Source: an uncultured Rhodospirillales bacterium
GTDB lineage: Bacteria > Pseudomonadota > Alphaproteobacteria > Rhodospirillales > Casp-alpha2
Assembly (NCBI GenBank): GCA_965602485.1
Contig: CBFCYM010000003.1
Span: 10,205 to 74,204 of the forward strand
Direction: 5' to 3'
Length of the DNA stretch: 64,000 bases
The notes beneath the pieces are model-generated. The model was not told the DNA's origin. It made no database searches and worked only from the letters and a program-made list of their open reading frames with translations. Positions 36,789-46,617 of the stretch are shown in pieces (the first letter of the stretch is position 1; every line of letters starts with the position of its first letter). The position numbers were made by a program, and so were the translations under genes.

Positions 36789-37439
36789 TCAGGCTGCGGC
36801 AGACGACAGGTTGGTTTCCAGATAATCGTCGATGTGGCCGGTCAGTTCTTCGAGATGATTGTTGAAGAAGTGATTGCAGCCTTTCACCACGCGGTAGTCG
36901 ATGACGATGTTCTTCTGGCTCGACAGCTTGGCTGCGAGTTTGTCAACAGAACCCACCGGCACGACTTCGTCGTCCGAACCATGCACAATCAGGCCTGAGG
37001 CCGGGCACGGTGCGAGGAAGGTGAAATCATTGCTGCTTGCCGGTGGCGCGATAGAGATAAAGCCGTTGATCTCGGGGCGGCGCATCATCAGCTGCATGGA
37101 TATCCATGCACCAAATGAAAATCCGGCGATCCAGCAGGCTGAAGCGTTGGGATTGTGGGTCTGCATCCAGTCCAGAGCAGAAGCGGCGTCGCTCAGTTCA
37201 CCCTGACCGTTATCGAACTCACCTTGCGAGCGTCCGACACCACGAAAATTAAACCGCAGAGTGGAGAATCCGCGCTGTGCGAAGTTCTGATATAGCGAAT
37301 ACACCACCTTATTATTCATGGTGCCACCGTGCTGCGGATGGGGGTGCAGGATCAAAGCGATCGGTGATGCGTTCTGTTTTGCGTGGTGGTAGCGACCTTC
37401 AATACGACCGTCTGGGCCGTTAAATATGACATCTGGCAT
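36789..37439 (-). CDS. Alpha/beta-fold hydrolase (COG2945-type)
   Basis: 216 aa. Family strings are GRIEGRYHH...IALILHPHPQHGGTMNNKVV, the nucleophile elbow GFSFGA, and a C-terminal GCNHFF. Confidence 0.75.
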   Translation of the reverse strand: MPDVIFNGPDGRIEGRYHHAKQNASPIALILHPHPQHGGTMNNKVVYSLYQNFAQRGFSTLRFNFRGVGRSQGEFDNGQGELSDAASALDWMQTHNPNASACWIAGFSFGAWISMQLMMRRPEINGFISIAPPASSNDFTFLAPCPASGLIVHGSDDEVVPVGSVDKLAAKLSSQKNIVIDYRVVKGCNHFFNNHLEELTGHIDDYLETNLSSAAA

Positions 37440-37564
37440 GGCGTTCCTGTCGGCTTGCGCTGGTTTTTCCGCATCTGAATGGTGATGCGCCCTGCGGAAT
37501 AATGTGTGTATAACCCTATTGAAATATCAACAATTAAACGAATGAAACTGCGGTCCAAACGACC

Positions 37565-37589
37565 ATACTTGATTAACTAAGTCGGGTTT
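37565..37589 (+). promoter_or_regulatory. Candidate IscR type-1 operator upstream of cysE
   Basis: ATACTTGATTAACTAAGTCGGGTTT matches 21 of 25 positions of the E. coli IscR type-1 consensus ATASYYGACTRWWWYAGTCRRSTAT, as I recall it. It ends 135 nt upstream of the cysE ATG, at the head of the cysE-iscR-suf cluster. Confidence 0.45.
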
Positions 37590-37723
37590 AGTATAGTTGG
37601 CGTAATCGGTGCAAAACCTCAATTGATCTCAATCATGCGGGTGCTGGACGGTCGAGACACTGCTCGGCACCTCTGGCGTTCGCGTCGAACCTGAGACCCC
37701 TGTAAAATAGTCAAGAATTCGCC

Positions 37724-38479
37724 ATGTTCAAGAGTTTAAAAGAAGATGCCAAGGCGTTCATGGAACGCGACCCAGCAGCCCGCTCGGCGCTGGAGATCGT
37801 GTTGTGCTATTCCGGCTATCACGCCATCGTATTTTACCGCATGTCACACCGGCTCTGGAAGCTGGGATTCCGGCTCGCGGCACGCTTTCTTTCGCAACTC
37901 GGCAAGATGCTGACAGGCATTGAAATCCATCCCGGTGCTGCTATCGGAAGGCGCTTTGTAATCGATCACGGCACCGGTGTGGTGATCGGCGAGACTTCCG
38001 AGATTGGCGATGACGTCACGCTTTATCATGATGTGACGTTGGGCGGTATTGCGCCGTCTGTGGATTCTGCAAATCAGGTTGGTCAGAAACGCCACCCGAC
38101 AATCCGTGACGGAGCGATTATTGGTTCGGGTGCTGCGATCCTCGGGCCAATTGAGGTGGGAGAAGGTGCCAAGGTTGGTGCCAATTCAGTTGTTACCAAG
38201 CCCGTACCGGCTGGCATGACGGCTGTTGGCATCCCGGCGCGCATTGTCATGCCCAAGGACAAGAGCAAGTGCAGTGAGTTCGTCGCTTATGGCACGTTGG
38301 CTGATGGCCCCGATCCCGTGGTCCAGACCATCGATGAACTGCGCCGTCAGTTAAAGACACTGGTCGAGCGCGTCGGTGAATTGGAGGGGCAACTCTCCAA
38401 GTACGACGAAGACCCCATTGCTGACAATGATGAGAGTTCATCGAAGGCGGATAAGAAATCCGCTTCGGGGTGTGGCTGA
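37724..38479 (+). CDS. cysE: Serine O-acetyltransferase with a C-terminal extension of about 60 aa
   Basis: Family strings are [32 protein letters not shown] and the hexapeptide-repeat core [44 protein letters not shown]. The tail is [27 protein letters not shown]..., which looks coiled-coil-like and acidic. Confidence 0.9.
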   Translation: MFKSLKEDAKAFMERDPAARSALEIVLCYSGYHAIVFYRMSHRLWKLGFRLAARFLSQLGKMLTGIEIHPGAAIGRRFVIDHGTGVVIGETSEIGDDVTLYHDVTLGGIAPSVDSANQVGQKRHPTIRDGAIIGSGAAILGPIEVGEGAKVGANSVVTKPVPAGMTAVGIPARIVMPKDKSKCSEFVAYGTLADGPDPVVQTIDELRRQLKTLVERVGELEGQLSKYDEDPIADNDESSSKADKKSASGCG

Positions 38480-38542
38480 CACGAGGCCTGCTGAATGTGA
38501 TTGATGAGGTGCCCCTCATCGAATGAATTAAGGAGTTGAACG

Positions 38543-39049
38543 GTGAAGCTAAGTACTAAAGGCCGCTATGCGGTGATGGCGATGGTTGATCTTGCTACCC
38601 ATGCTGAGGGCAAGCCTATTGCGTTGGCCGATATTGCCGAGCGTCAAGAAATCTCACTGTCCTATCTCGAACAGTTATTTGGCAAGCTACGCCGCAGTGG
38701 ACTGGTTAAGAGCGTTCGCGGTCCCGGCGGCGGTTACCTGATCGCCCACAATCTGGGTAATGTTCGGGTTTCCGATATTATTCTCGCCGTTGATGAGCCC
38801 ATTAAGGCAACCCGTTGCCAGCCTGGTTCACCGGCTGGCTGCCGCGGTACCAAAGGTCGCTGTATTACGCATGATTTGTGGCAGGAGCTGAGCAATCAGA
38901 TTTATCTGTTCCTGAGCGCGGTCTCGCTGGCCGATGTACTGGATAATCGCGTGCTCGGTGCCAGCGGTATGCTGTTCCAGCAGGACAACCCATGTGCTTT
39001 GGCGAAAATTCCCGGAGCCGATATTGCGCCCACGTGCAACGTCGCTTAA
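38543..39049 (+). CDS. iscR: Rrf2-family Fe-S transcriptional regulator (IscR-like)
   Basis: The GTG start follows AAGGAG. The N-terminal wHTH is MKLSTKGRYAVMAMVDLA...ISLSYLEQLFGKLRRSGLVKSVRGPGGGY. The three-Cys cluster ligands are CQPGSPAGCRGTKGRCITH. Confidence 0.85.
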   Translation: MKLSTKGRYAVMAMVDLATHAEGKPIALADIAERQEISLSYLEQLFGKLRRSGLVKSVRGPGGGYLIAHNLGNVRVSDIILAVDEPIKATRCQPGSPAGCRGTKGRCITHDLWQELSNQIYLFLSAVSLADVLDNRVLGASGMLFQQDNPCALAKIPGADIAPTCNVA

Positions 39050-39077
39050 GCAGCCTGAGCAGACAGGACCGTAACCC

Positions 39078-40193
39078 ATGAGCGAGAGCGTGTATCTCGA
39101 CCATAATGCCATGGCGCAAGTGCGCCCACAGGCCCGTCAGGCCGTGCAGGCCGCGCTGGATCTGGACGGCAACGGTTCGTCCGTGCATGCGCGTGGCCGT
39201 GCAGCACGTTCGATGATCGAGGCTGCGCGCAGCAGTGTTGCCGCGTTGTGTGGTGCGCCGGATGAAGCGGTGACCTTCACCAGTGGCGGCACCGAGGCCA
39301 ATAATCTGATACTGCGCGGCTGTGAACGCCCGCGCCTGCTGATATCTGCCGTTGAACACCCATCCGTGCGCGAAGCCCGCGAGGATGCGGTGATCATACC
39401 CGTCGATGGGGATGGCATTGTCGATGTTGGCGCGCTTGAAGGCATGCTGCGTGGCAGCGACGTGCCGACGCTGGTTTCGGTGATGTACGCAAATAATGAA
39501 ACCGGTGTGATACAGCCTGTCGCACGGGTCGCCGAGGTGGCCCGTAAACACGGCGCTCTGATGCATTGCGATGCCATACAGGCGGCAGGGAAAATTCCGC
39601 TGGACGTTGCGACGCTCGGCGTGCATTTCCTGAGTGTTTCAGGGCATAAAATTGGCGCGCCAGCTGGCTGCGGCGCAGTAATTAATGTTGAAGGTCTGGC
39701 CCTGCAGCCCATGATGCGTGGCGGTGGTCAGGAACGCCGGGTCCGCTCGGGTACGGAAAATCTGATCGGTATAGCCGGTTTTGGTGCGGCGGCCGATGCC
39801 GCGCGCCAGCAGGGGCCCGGTGAAATGGCACGTTTGCGCGTTTGGCGTGACGCGCTGGAAAACAAGGCTACGCAGCGTATGGGTGGGCTTGTTATCGCTG
39901 GTGCGTCGGCCACACGGCTCGATAATACCAGCTACATGATGGTGCCGGGCATGGAAGGTGCGATGCAGGTCATGGCGCTTGATCTTGCCGGGGTCGCCAT
40001 CAGTGCCGGATCGGCCTGCTCGTCGGGCAAGGCCAAGGCCAGCTCGGTATTGGCCGCCATGGGGTATGACGACGCGCTGGCAAACTGCGGTATTCGTATC
40101 AGCCTTGGCTGGTCGAGTGCACAAGATGATATTGAACGGTTTTTCAACGCCTGGATCGCGCTTTATGATCGTACGATCTCCAACGCGGCGTGA
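39078..40193 (+). CDS. Class V aminotransferase / cysteine desulfurase (NifS/IscS-like)
   Basis: 371 aa. The N-terminus is VYLDHNA, the PLP-lysine is in [12 protein letters not shown], and the catalytic loop is SAGSACSSG. Confidence 0.85.
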   Translation: MSESVYLDHNAMAQVRPQARQAVQAALDLDGNGSSVHARGRAARSMIEAARSSVAALCGAPDEAVTFTSGGTEANNLILRGCERPRLLISAVEHPSVREAREDAVIIPVDGDGIVDVGALEGMLRGSDVPTLVSVMYANNETGVIQPVARVAEVARKHGALMHCDAIQAAGKIPLDVATLGVHFLSVSGHKIGAPAGCGAVINVEGLALQPMMRGGGQERRVRSGTENLIGIAGFGAAADAARQQGPGEMARLRVWRDALENKATQRMGGLVIAGASATRLDNTSYMMVPGMEGAMQVMALDLAGVAISAGSACSSGKAKASSVLAAMGYDDALANCGIRISLGWSSAQDDIERFFNAWIALYDRTISNAA

Positions 40194-40236
40194 ACCGGTT
40201 GAACGTGACAGTTATTTTAAGAAAGACGAAAATACT

Positions 40237-41694
40237 ATGACAGCAACCGCTGATACTGTCGGACAGGTGAGCGAACTCGCCGATGAGAAGTACAAGTACG
40301 GCTTCGTTTCGGATATCGAGTCTGATCTGGCTCCCAAAGGTCTGAACGAAGACACTGTACGGTTCATCTCGGCCAAGAAGAACGAACCCGAGTGGCTGCT
40401 TGAATGGCGACTCAAGGCGTTTCGTTATTGGTTGACCATGCCCGAGCCCGATTGGCAGAAACCCCATTTTGACGCCATCGACTATCAGGATGCCTATTAC
40501 TACGCTGCGCCCAAGAGCATGAAAGATGGCCCCAAGAGCCTCGACGAGGTTGATCCGGGATTGCTTGAGACGTACGAGAAGCTTGGCATTCCGCTGCGTG
40601 AGCAGGAAATGCTCGCTGGTGTGGCTGTCGATGCGGTGTTCGATAGCGTATCGGTGGCAACCACCTTCAAGCACAAACTGGAAGAAGCCGGGGTGATCTT
40701 CTGCCCGATTTCCGAGGCCATTCAGAAGCACCCGGAACTGGTGCAGAAATATCTCGGCAGTGTGGTGCCCTATTCAGACAACAAGTTTGCTACGCTGAAT
40801 TCGGCGGTGTTTACCGACGGATCGTTTGTTTACATCCCCAAGGGCGTGCGTTGCCCCATGGAGCTGTCGACTTATTTCCGCATCAACGAGGCCAATACCG
40901 GCCAGTTTGAGCGCACACTGATCATTGCTGACGAAGGCTCGTACGTGAGTTACCTCGAAGGCTGTACGGCACCCATGCGTGATGAGAACCAGCTGCATGC
41001 CGCGGTTGTTGAACTGATCACCCATGATGACGCCGAGATCAAATATTCCACGGTACAGAACTGGTACCCCGGCGATGAAAACGGCGTTGGCGGCATCTAT
41101 AATTTTGTGACCAAGCGCGGTGCATGCCGTGGCCGTAATTCAAAGATTTCCTGGACCCAGGTCGAAACCGGCTCGGCGATTACATGGAAGTATCCAAGCT
41201 GTGTGCTGCTTGGCGAAAACTCGGTGGGCGAATTCTATTCCATCGCCATCACCAACAACATGCAGCAGGCTGATACCGGTACCAAGATGATCCACATCGG
41301 CAAGAACACCTCGTCGCGGATTATCTCAAAAGGTATCTCGGCGGGTCGTTCGGACCAGACCTACCGTGGGCTGGTCCGCATGTCTGGCAAGGCTGAGGGC
41401 GCACGCAATTACACCCAGTGTGACTCGTTGCTGATCGGTGATCAGTGCGGTGCGCACACGGTGCCTTACATTGAAAGTAAGAACCGCTCGGCCATTGTTG
41501 AGCACGAAGCAACGACCTCGACCATTAGCGAGGATCAGTTGTTTTACCTGCGTCAGCGCGGCATTCCCGAAGAAGCTGCCGTGGCACTGGTGGTCAATGG
41601 TTTCTGCCGCGAGGTCTTGCAGCAGTTGCCCATGGAATTCGCTGTTGAGGCACAAAAGCTCGTCGGAATTTCTCTTGAAGGCAGCGTCGGCTAA
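40237..41694 (+). CDS. sufB: Fe-S cluster assembly scaffold protein SufB
   Basis: ORF 39958..41694 overlaps the desulfurase gene. The ATG at 40237 gives [23 protein letters not shown]. SufB strings are [23 protein letters not shown] and [22 protein letters not shown]. Confidence 0.93.
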   Translation: MTATADTVGQVSELADEKYKYGFVSDIESDLAPKGLNEDTVRFISAKKNEPEWLLEWRLKAFRYWLTMPEPDWQKPHFDAIDYQDAYYYAAPKSMKDGPKSLDEVDPGLLETYEKLGIPLREQEMLAGVAVDAVFDSVSVATTFKHKLEEAGVIFCPISEAIQKHPELVQKYLGSVVPYSDNKFATLNSAVFTDGSFVYIPKGVRCPMELSTYFRINEANTGQFERTLIIADEGSYVSYLEGCTAPMRDENQLHAAVVELITHDDAEIKYSTVQNWYPGDENGVGGIYNFVTKRGACRGRNSKISWTQVETGSAITWKYPSCVLLGENSVGEFYSIAITNNMQQADTGTKMIHIGKNTSSRIISKGISAGRSDQTYRGLVRMSGKAEGARNYTQCDSLLIGDQCGAHTVPYIESKNRSAIVEHEATTSTISEDQLFYLRQRGIPEEAAVALVVNGFCREVLQQLPMEFAVEAQKLVGISLEGSVG

Positions 41695-41737
41695 GCCGCG
41701 CACCTGATTATTACCAAGTCTTAAGGACACGAAACGA

Positions 41738-42487
41738 ATGCTCGAAATCAAGAATCTGCACGCCACTGTTGATGGCAAGGAAATCCTCAAAGGCCTGAAC
41801 CTGTCGCTCGGCGACGGTGAAGTCCATGCCATTATGGGGCCAAACGGCGCGGGTAAAAGTACGCTGTCTTATGTCATCGCCGGTCGCGAGGGCTATGAGG
41901 TGACCGAGGGTGATATCCTGTTCAAGGGTAAGAGCCTCCTTGGCATGGCACCGGAAGACCGTGCCGCCGAAGGCGTCTTTCTGGCCTTTCAGTACCCGGT
42001 GGAAATTCCCGGCGTGCCCAACACGACGTTTTTGAAAGAAGCCGCCAACGCGGTGCGACGCTATCGTGGCGAAGACGAGCTTGATGCCATGCAGTTTATT
42101 CGCACCCTGCGTGAGAAGGTTAAGGAACTGGGTATTTCCGACGACATGCTCAAACGCGCGGTCAATGCCGGGTTCTCTGGCGGTGAGAAAAAGCGTAACG
42201 AGATTTTGCAGATGTCCGTGCTGGAACCTGCGCTGGCTGTACTTGATGAAACCGATAGCGGTCTCGATATCGATGCGCTGAAGATTGTTGCGGACGGTGT
42301 TAATCGTCTGCGCGGTCCGGGCCGCACTATGCTGGTGATTACCCATTACCAACGTCTGCTCGATTACATCGTGCCTGATTTTGTCCATGTTCTGGCCGAC
42401 GGACGTATCGCGCGTTCAGGCGGCAAGGAACTGGCGCTGGAACTTGAAAAGAATGGCTACGCCGAATTTGCCGGCGCGGCGGCATAA
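41738..42487 (+). CDS. sufC: Fe-S cluster assembly ATPase SufC
   Basis: MLEIKNLHATVDGKEILKGLNL opens the protein. Walker A is GPNGAGKST, the signature is FSGGEKKRNE, and Walker B is LDETDSGLD. Confidence 0.95.
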   Translation: MLEIKNLHATVDGKEILKGLNLSLGDGEVHAIMGPNGAGKSTLSYVIAGREGYEVTEGDILFKGKSLLGMAPEDRAAEGVFLAFQYPVEIPGVPNTTFLKEAANAVRRYRGEDELDAMQFIRTLREKVKELGISDDMLKRAVNAGFSGGEKKRNEILQMSVLEPALAVLDETDSGLDIDALKIVADGVNRLRGPGRTMLVITHYQRLLDYIVPDFVHVLADGRIARSGGKELALELEKNGYAEFAGAAA

Positions 42488-42511
42488 GGCGGCGGGACCG
42501 GACAACAAACC

Positions 42512-43864
42512 ATGAGCACACAAAACGAAACAGTATTGCCGTTCAGTGACGTGCTGGACAGTACCGATCAGAGCCTGTCAGGCGCTGGCCTCGACTGGCT
42601 GGATAGCCTGCGCGAGCAGGGCCATGCGCGCTACGCCGAAATGGGCCTGCCCACGGTGAAGCTTGAAGACTGGAAGTACACCAATCTACAGCCTGTGGCT
42701 GAGACGCCGTATCGTCCGGTCAGTGAAGCCGATGGCGCGTGCAGCGTTGATGACGTGCCGAGTATTCTGCCGGAGTCTACATCTGGCAATCGGGTAGTGT
42801 TCGTCAACGGTCAGGCGCGGCCTGATCTCTCGAACCTCAAAGACCTGCCAGAGGGCGTGCGCTTTGAGCCGCTCTCGCACATCATGCAAAGTGATCCGGC
42901 GTGGCTTGAAAGCCACCTCGGCAAACGTGCTGATGATGCGGGGCGCGCCATGTTGGCGCTCAATGTCGCGGCCATGAACTGTGGCTACGTACTGCATGTG
43001 GGCCGTGGCGTGGTGCTGGACACCCCTATTGAGGTGGTCTTTATCGGCGGATTGGCCGACGCGCCTGTGGCTTATTTTCCGCGCAATCTGATTATCATGG
43101 AAGAAGCCTCGCAAGCCGAGATCATTGTTCATCATGCCGGTGCTGGAACAGGGGCATATTTCTCCAATAGCGTCAGCGAGATTTCTGTCGCACAAAGCGC
43201 TGTGCTGCGCGTTAGGCACATACAGCAGGACGCGCGCGAGGCGACCAATATATCGGCATCTTATGTCGATGTGGCACGCGACGGTGTGTACGAAAGCTTC
43301 GGCCTGTCCATTGGCGGACGTCTGTCACGCCACGAGACGCGGATGAGCCTGAGCGGCCGTGGTGCGGCCTGCAAGATAGACGGTGCGTATCTGTTGCGCG
43401 GTAGCGAGCATTGCGACAATACGCTTACGGTGGACCATCTGGTGCCCGATACGACCAGCGATGAAATGTTTAAGGGCGTGCTCGACGATCAGTCACGCGC
43501 CGTATTTCAGGGCAAGGTCATTGTGCACCGCGACGCCCAGCGCAGCGACGGCAAGATGCTCAACAAGACCATGTTGATGAGCGATACGGCTGAAATCGAC
43601 AGCAAGCCCGAACTTGAAATCTACGCTGATGACGTGAAATGCGCACACGGCGCAACGTCGGGTCAGGTCGACAAGACGGCGTTGTTTTATCTGCGGTCGC
43701 GCGGTATTCCCGAGGCGCAGGCGCGTAATCTGTTGATCCGTTCGTTCCTTGGCGAAGTGACCGAACGTATTGCCAACGAAACCGTGCGTGAGGCCATTAT
43801 TGATAAAATCGTGCAGTGGTTACCGGCGGCATGCTATCGGCAGGAAGAGTGGAGAGAAGAATGA
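42512..43864 (+). CDS. sufD: Fe-S cluster assembly protein SufD
   Basis: 450 aa. The C-terminal half has the SufBD beta-helix strings (LEIYADDVKCAHGATSGQVDKTALFYLRSRGI). Position in the operon supports the call. Confidence 0.9.
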   Translation: MSTQNETVLPFSDVLDSTDQSLSGAGLDWLDSLREQGHARYAEMGLPTVKLEDWKYTNLQPVAETPYRPVSEADGACSVDDVPSILPESTSGNRVVFVNGQARPDLSNLKDLPEGVRFEPLSHIMQSDPAWLESHLGKRADDAGRAMLALNVAAMNCGYVLHVGRGVVLDTPIEVVFIGGLADAPVAYFPRNLIIMEEASQAEIIVHHAGAGTGAYFSNSVSEISVAQSAVLRVRHIQQDAREATNISASYVDVARDGVYESFGLSIGGRLSRHETRMSLSGRGAACKIDGAYLLRGSEHCDNTLTVDHLVPDTTSDEMFKGVLDDQSRAVFQGKVIVHRDAQRSDGKMLNKTMLMSDTAEIDSKPELEIYADDVKCAHGATSGQVDKTALFYLRSRGIPEAQARNLLIRSFLGEVTERIANETVREAIIDKIVQWLPAACYRQEEWREE

Positions 43865-45132
43865 ACGAAGTGATCTCCAATCTTGCTGCTCAGGCTGGTG
43901 ACAATTCGACGCTGGCGTTCGATGTCGAGCGCGTGCGTGCGGACTTCCCGATCCTGAGCGAAACAGTCTATGGCAAACCGCTGGTCTATTTAGATAGCGG
44001 CGCGAGCGCGCAGAAACCTGCTCAGGTCATCGAGGCCATGAGCGAGGCCATGGGCAGCTACTATTCCAACGTGCACCGTGGCGTGCACTGGATGAGCCAG
44101 CGTTCGACCGAGGCCTATGAAGGCGCGCGCACCAAGATCGCGACGTTCCTCAACGCGGCCAGCACCAACGAGATCGTCTTTACCCGCAATGCGACCGAGG
44201 CCATCAACCTTGTGGCCAATGCTTACGGGCGGGCTTTTCTCAAAGCCGGTGACGAGGTCATCATCTCGCACATGGAGCACCACGCCAATATCGTGCCGTG
44301 GCAGATGCTGCGCGATCAGATCGGTATCGAGCTGAAGGTTGTGCCCATCGATGATGACGGCAATCTGATGTTCGAGGCATACGAAAAGCTGCTCGGCCCA
44401 CGCACCAAGCTGGTTGCCATGACGCATATCTCGAACGCGCTGGGCACCATTGTGCCGATCGCCGAGGTCATTCGTCTGGCCCATGAACACGATGCCGTGG
44501 TGCTGGTTGATGGCTGTCAGGCCGTGCCGCACACCGCCATTGATGTACAGGCGCTGGGTGCGGACTTTTATGTCTTTGCGCCGCACAAGCTGTACGGCCC
44601 GACGGGGATCGGCGTGCTGTATGGCCGCGAGGACCTGCTCAATGCCATGCCACCATGGCAGGGCGGTGGAGACATGATCGAAACCGTGACATTTGAAAAA
44701 TCCACCTATCAGCCCGCACCGCTGCGTTTTGAGGCCGGTACGCCGCCAATTGTTGAGGCCATTGGTCTGGGCGCTGCCATTGATTATGTCAGTGCGTTGG
44801 GCATGGACAATATTGCAGCACATGAAGAAGGTCTGCTGCATTATGCCACGCAACAGATTTCGGCCATCGATGGCATCACGATCATCGGTCAGGCCCGCGA
44901 AAAGGCCGCCATTGTGTCATTTGTGATGGACTGTGCGCACCCCCATGATATCGGTACGATCATCGACCGTGTTGGCGTTGCTGTGCGTACTGGTCATCAT
45001 TGTGCCCAGCCCGTTATGGATCGTTTTGGTCTGGCGGCAACGGCGCGCGCGTCATTCGGTCTTTACAATACGCCACAGGAAGTTGATGTCCTTGTGAAGG
45101 CAATTGAAGAAGTCAGGGAGTTGTTCGGCTGA
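43861..45132 (+). CDS. sufS: Cysteine desulfurase SufS (group II)
   Basis: The ATG at 43861 overlaps the sufD stop (ATGA). The N-terminal region is FPILSETVYGKPLVYLDSGASAQKP, the PLP-lysine is in FAPHKLYGPTGIG, and the catalytic Cys is in RTGHHCAQP. Confidence 0.93.
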   Translation: MNEVISNLAAQAGDNSTLAFDVERVRADFPILSETVYGKPLVYLDSGASAQKPAQVIEAMSEAMGSYYSNVHRGVHWMSQRSTEAYEGARTKIATFLNAASTNEIVFTRNATEAINLVANAYGRAFLKAGDEVIISHMEHHANIVPWQMLRDQIGIELKVVPIDDDGNLMFEAYEKLLGPRTKLVAMTHISNALGTIVPIAEVIRLAHEHDAVVLVDGCQAVPHTAIDVQALGADFYVFAPHKLYGPTGIGVLYGREDLLNAMPPWQGGGDMIETVTFEKSTYQPAPLRFEAGTPPIVEAIGLGAAIDYVSALGMDNIAAHEEGLLHYATQQISAIDGITIIGQAREKAAIVSFVMDCAHPHDIGTIIDRVGVAVRTGHHCAQPVMDRFGLAATARASFGLYNTPQEVDVLVKAIEEVRELFG

Positions 45133-45602
45133 TGCTTGATGATCTGCGCGAACTATATCAAGAAGTGATCCTGGATCACGGCAAGAAACCTCGGAATTTT
45201 CGCCGCCCAGAGAGCTTTGACCGCGAAGCTATGGGCAACAACCCCATGTGTGGTGACGCACTGGTAATCTATCTGAGCCTCGATAAGGACAGGGTGATCA
45301 CCGACGTGGCGTTTCAGGGCAAGGGCTGTGCCATTTCGATGGCGTCGGCATCCATGATGACGGAACTGCTGACGGGTCGTCATGCCGATGAAGCCGAGAT
45401 ACTATTCAAGGCCTTTCACGCCATGTGCACCAGCGAGGACGAATCCCCCGCCGCCCTGGATGGCTTTGATGAGGACACCGTGGAACGCCTGCAAATGCTT
45501 TCGGGTGTTCGCGCTTTTCCCATGCGGGTAAAATGCGCCACGCTGGCATGGCACACCATGGACGCCGCCGTGAATGGCGATCAGGAAATTTCGACTGAGT
45601 AA
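45132..45602 (+). CDS. sufU: SUF-system NifU/SufU-type sulfur-transfer or scaffold protein
   Basis: The start overlaps the sufS stop (TGATG). Three conserved Cys contexts are NPMCGD, GKGCAIS and RVKCATLAW, and the length of 156 aa fits. Confidence 0.8.
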   Translation: MLDDLRELYQEVILDHGKKPRNFRRPESFDREAMGNNPMCGDALVIYLSLDKDRVITDVAFQGKGCAISMASASMMTELLTGRHADEAEILFKAFHAMCTSEDESPAALDGFDEDTVERLQMLSGVRAFPMRVKCATLAWHTMDAAVNGDQEISTE

Positions 45603-45625
45603 GATGGGTAGCGAGGCACTGTATT

Positions 45626-46225
45626 ATGAACTTTTTGAATAAATTTTTGTCCCGCAAACCCGATGAAGACACACGCGAACAGGAATCCGGTATGAATGAA
45701 TCGGCAGAAAACAAAGACTCTGGACTGAGCGACGATGAGGCGCAGTTGACCAAGGCAGCGAGTGAAGTTGCCGAGGCTATTGTGGCCGAAGCGCCAGCCC
45801 CGGCTATGCCGGAACGCCCGATGTATGACGCGTCACCCTACGCGGGCATGGGCATGCCGGATCCGTCCATGATGCAGGAATTTGAGACCGCAGCGGGCGA
45901 AGCCCTGTTGCCGGGTGCCGAAGTCGCTGACGATGACGCCGTGATCGAAGCCATGCGGACGGTTTATGATCCGGAAATTCCGGTCAATATTTATGACCTT
46001 GGCCTGATCTATAATTTTAACATCACGCCAACCGGTGATGTTTTCGTCGATATGTCGCTGACCGCACCGGGTTGTCCGGTGGCCGGGGAAATGCCGGGCA
46101 TGGTTTCTAACGCTGTGTGCCAGATTGACGGCATTGGTGTGGTGACCACCAAGATCGTGTGGGAACCGGCGTGGACGTCGGACCGCATGTCTGAAGATGC
46201 TAAACTTGCACTCGGCATGATGTGA
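45626..46225 (+). CDS. sufT: SufT / DUF59 (MIP18-family) Fe-S assembly protein with an N-terminal extension
   Basis: The C-terminal roughly 95 aa carry the DUF59 signature (VIEAMRTVYDPEIPVNIYDLGLIY...MSLTAPGCPVAGEM). The first roughly 100 aa are acidic low-complexity sequence, so the true start could be an internal Met. Confidence 0.75.
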   Translation: MNFLNKFLSRKPDEDTREQESGMNESAENKDSGLSDDEAQLTKAASEVAEAIVAEAPAPAMPERPMYDASPYAGMGMPDPSMMQEFETAAGEALLPGAEVADDDAVIEAMRTVYDPEIPVNIYDLGLIYNFNITPTGDVFVDMSLTAPGCPVAGEMPGMVSNAVCQIDGIGVVTTKIVWEPAWTSDRMSEDAKLALGMM

Positions 46226-46262
46226 CCCTATCTGAGTAGAAGACATAAGAGAGCAACAGAGT

Positions 46263-46610
46263 ATGACCGCACAACAAGCACCGAAGCTGATCTCGTTGAC
46301 CGATGCCGCCGCCGAGCGCGTGCGCTCGCTGATCGAGCGCAGCGAAAAGCCTGTGCTGGGCCTGCGCGTCGGGGTCTCAACAAAGGGCTGTAACGGTATG
46401 TCCTATGTGGTCGAATATGCCGAGAGCGAGAGCAAGCTTGAGGAAATGGTTGAAGACAAGGGGGTTAAAATCTTTGTCGATCCCATGGCCGTGATGTATG
46501 TGCTTGGCAGCACCATGGATTACGTCGAAGACAAATTTCATGCTGGTTTTGTATTCGATAATCCCAACGAAGCGGGCCGCTGTGGCTGCGGCGAAAGCTT
46601 CTCTGTCTGA
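46263..46610 (+). CDS. A-type Fe-S carrier (HesB/IscA/SufA/ErpA family)
   Basis: 115 aa. Family strings are GLRVGVSTKGCNGMSY and the C-terminal CGCGESF. Confidence 0.9.
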   Translation: MTAQQAPKLISLTDAAAERVRSLIERSEKPVLGLRVGVSTKGCNGMSYVVEYAESESKLEEMVEDKGVKIFVDPMAVMYVLGSTMDYVEDKFHAGFVFDNPNEAGRCGCGESFSV

Positions 46611-46617
46611 TCATTCC

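Noticed and set aside
39958-40236. The N-terminal extension of the SufB ORF (578 aa).
   Set aside because: It overlaps the 3' end of the cysteine desulfurase gene in another frame. SufB similarity starts at the ATG at 40237.
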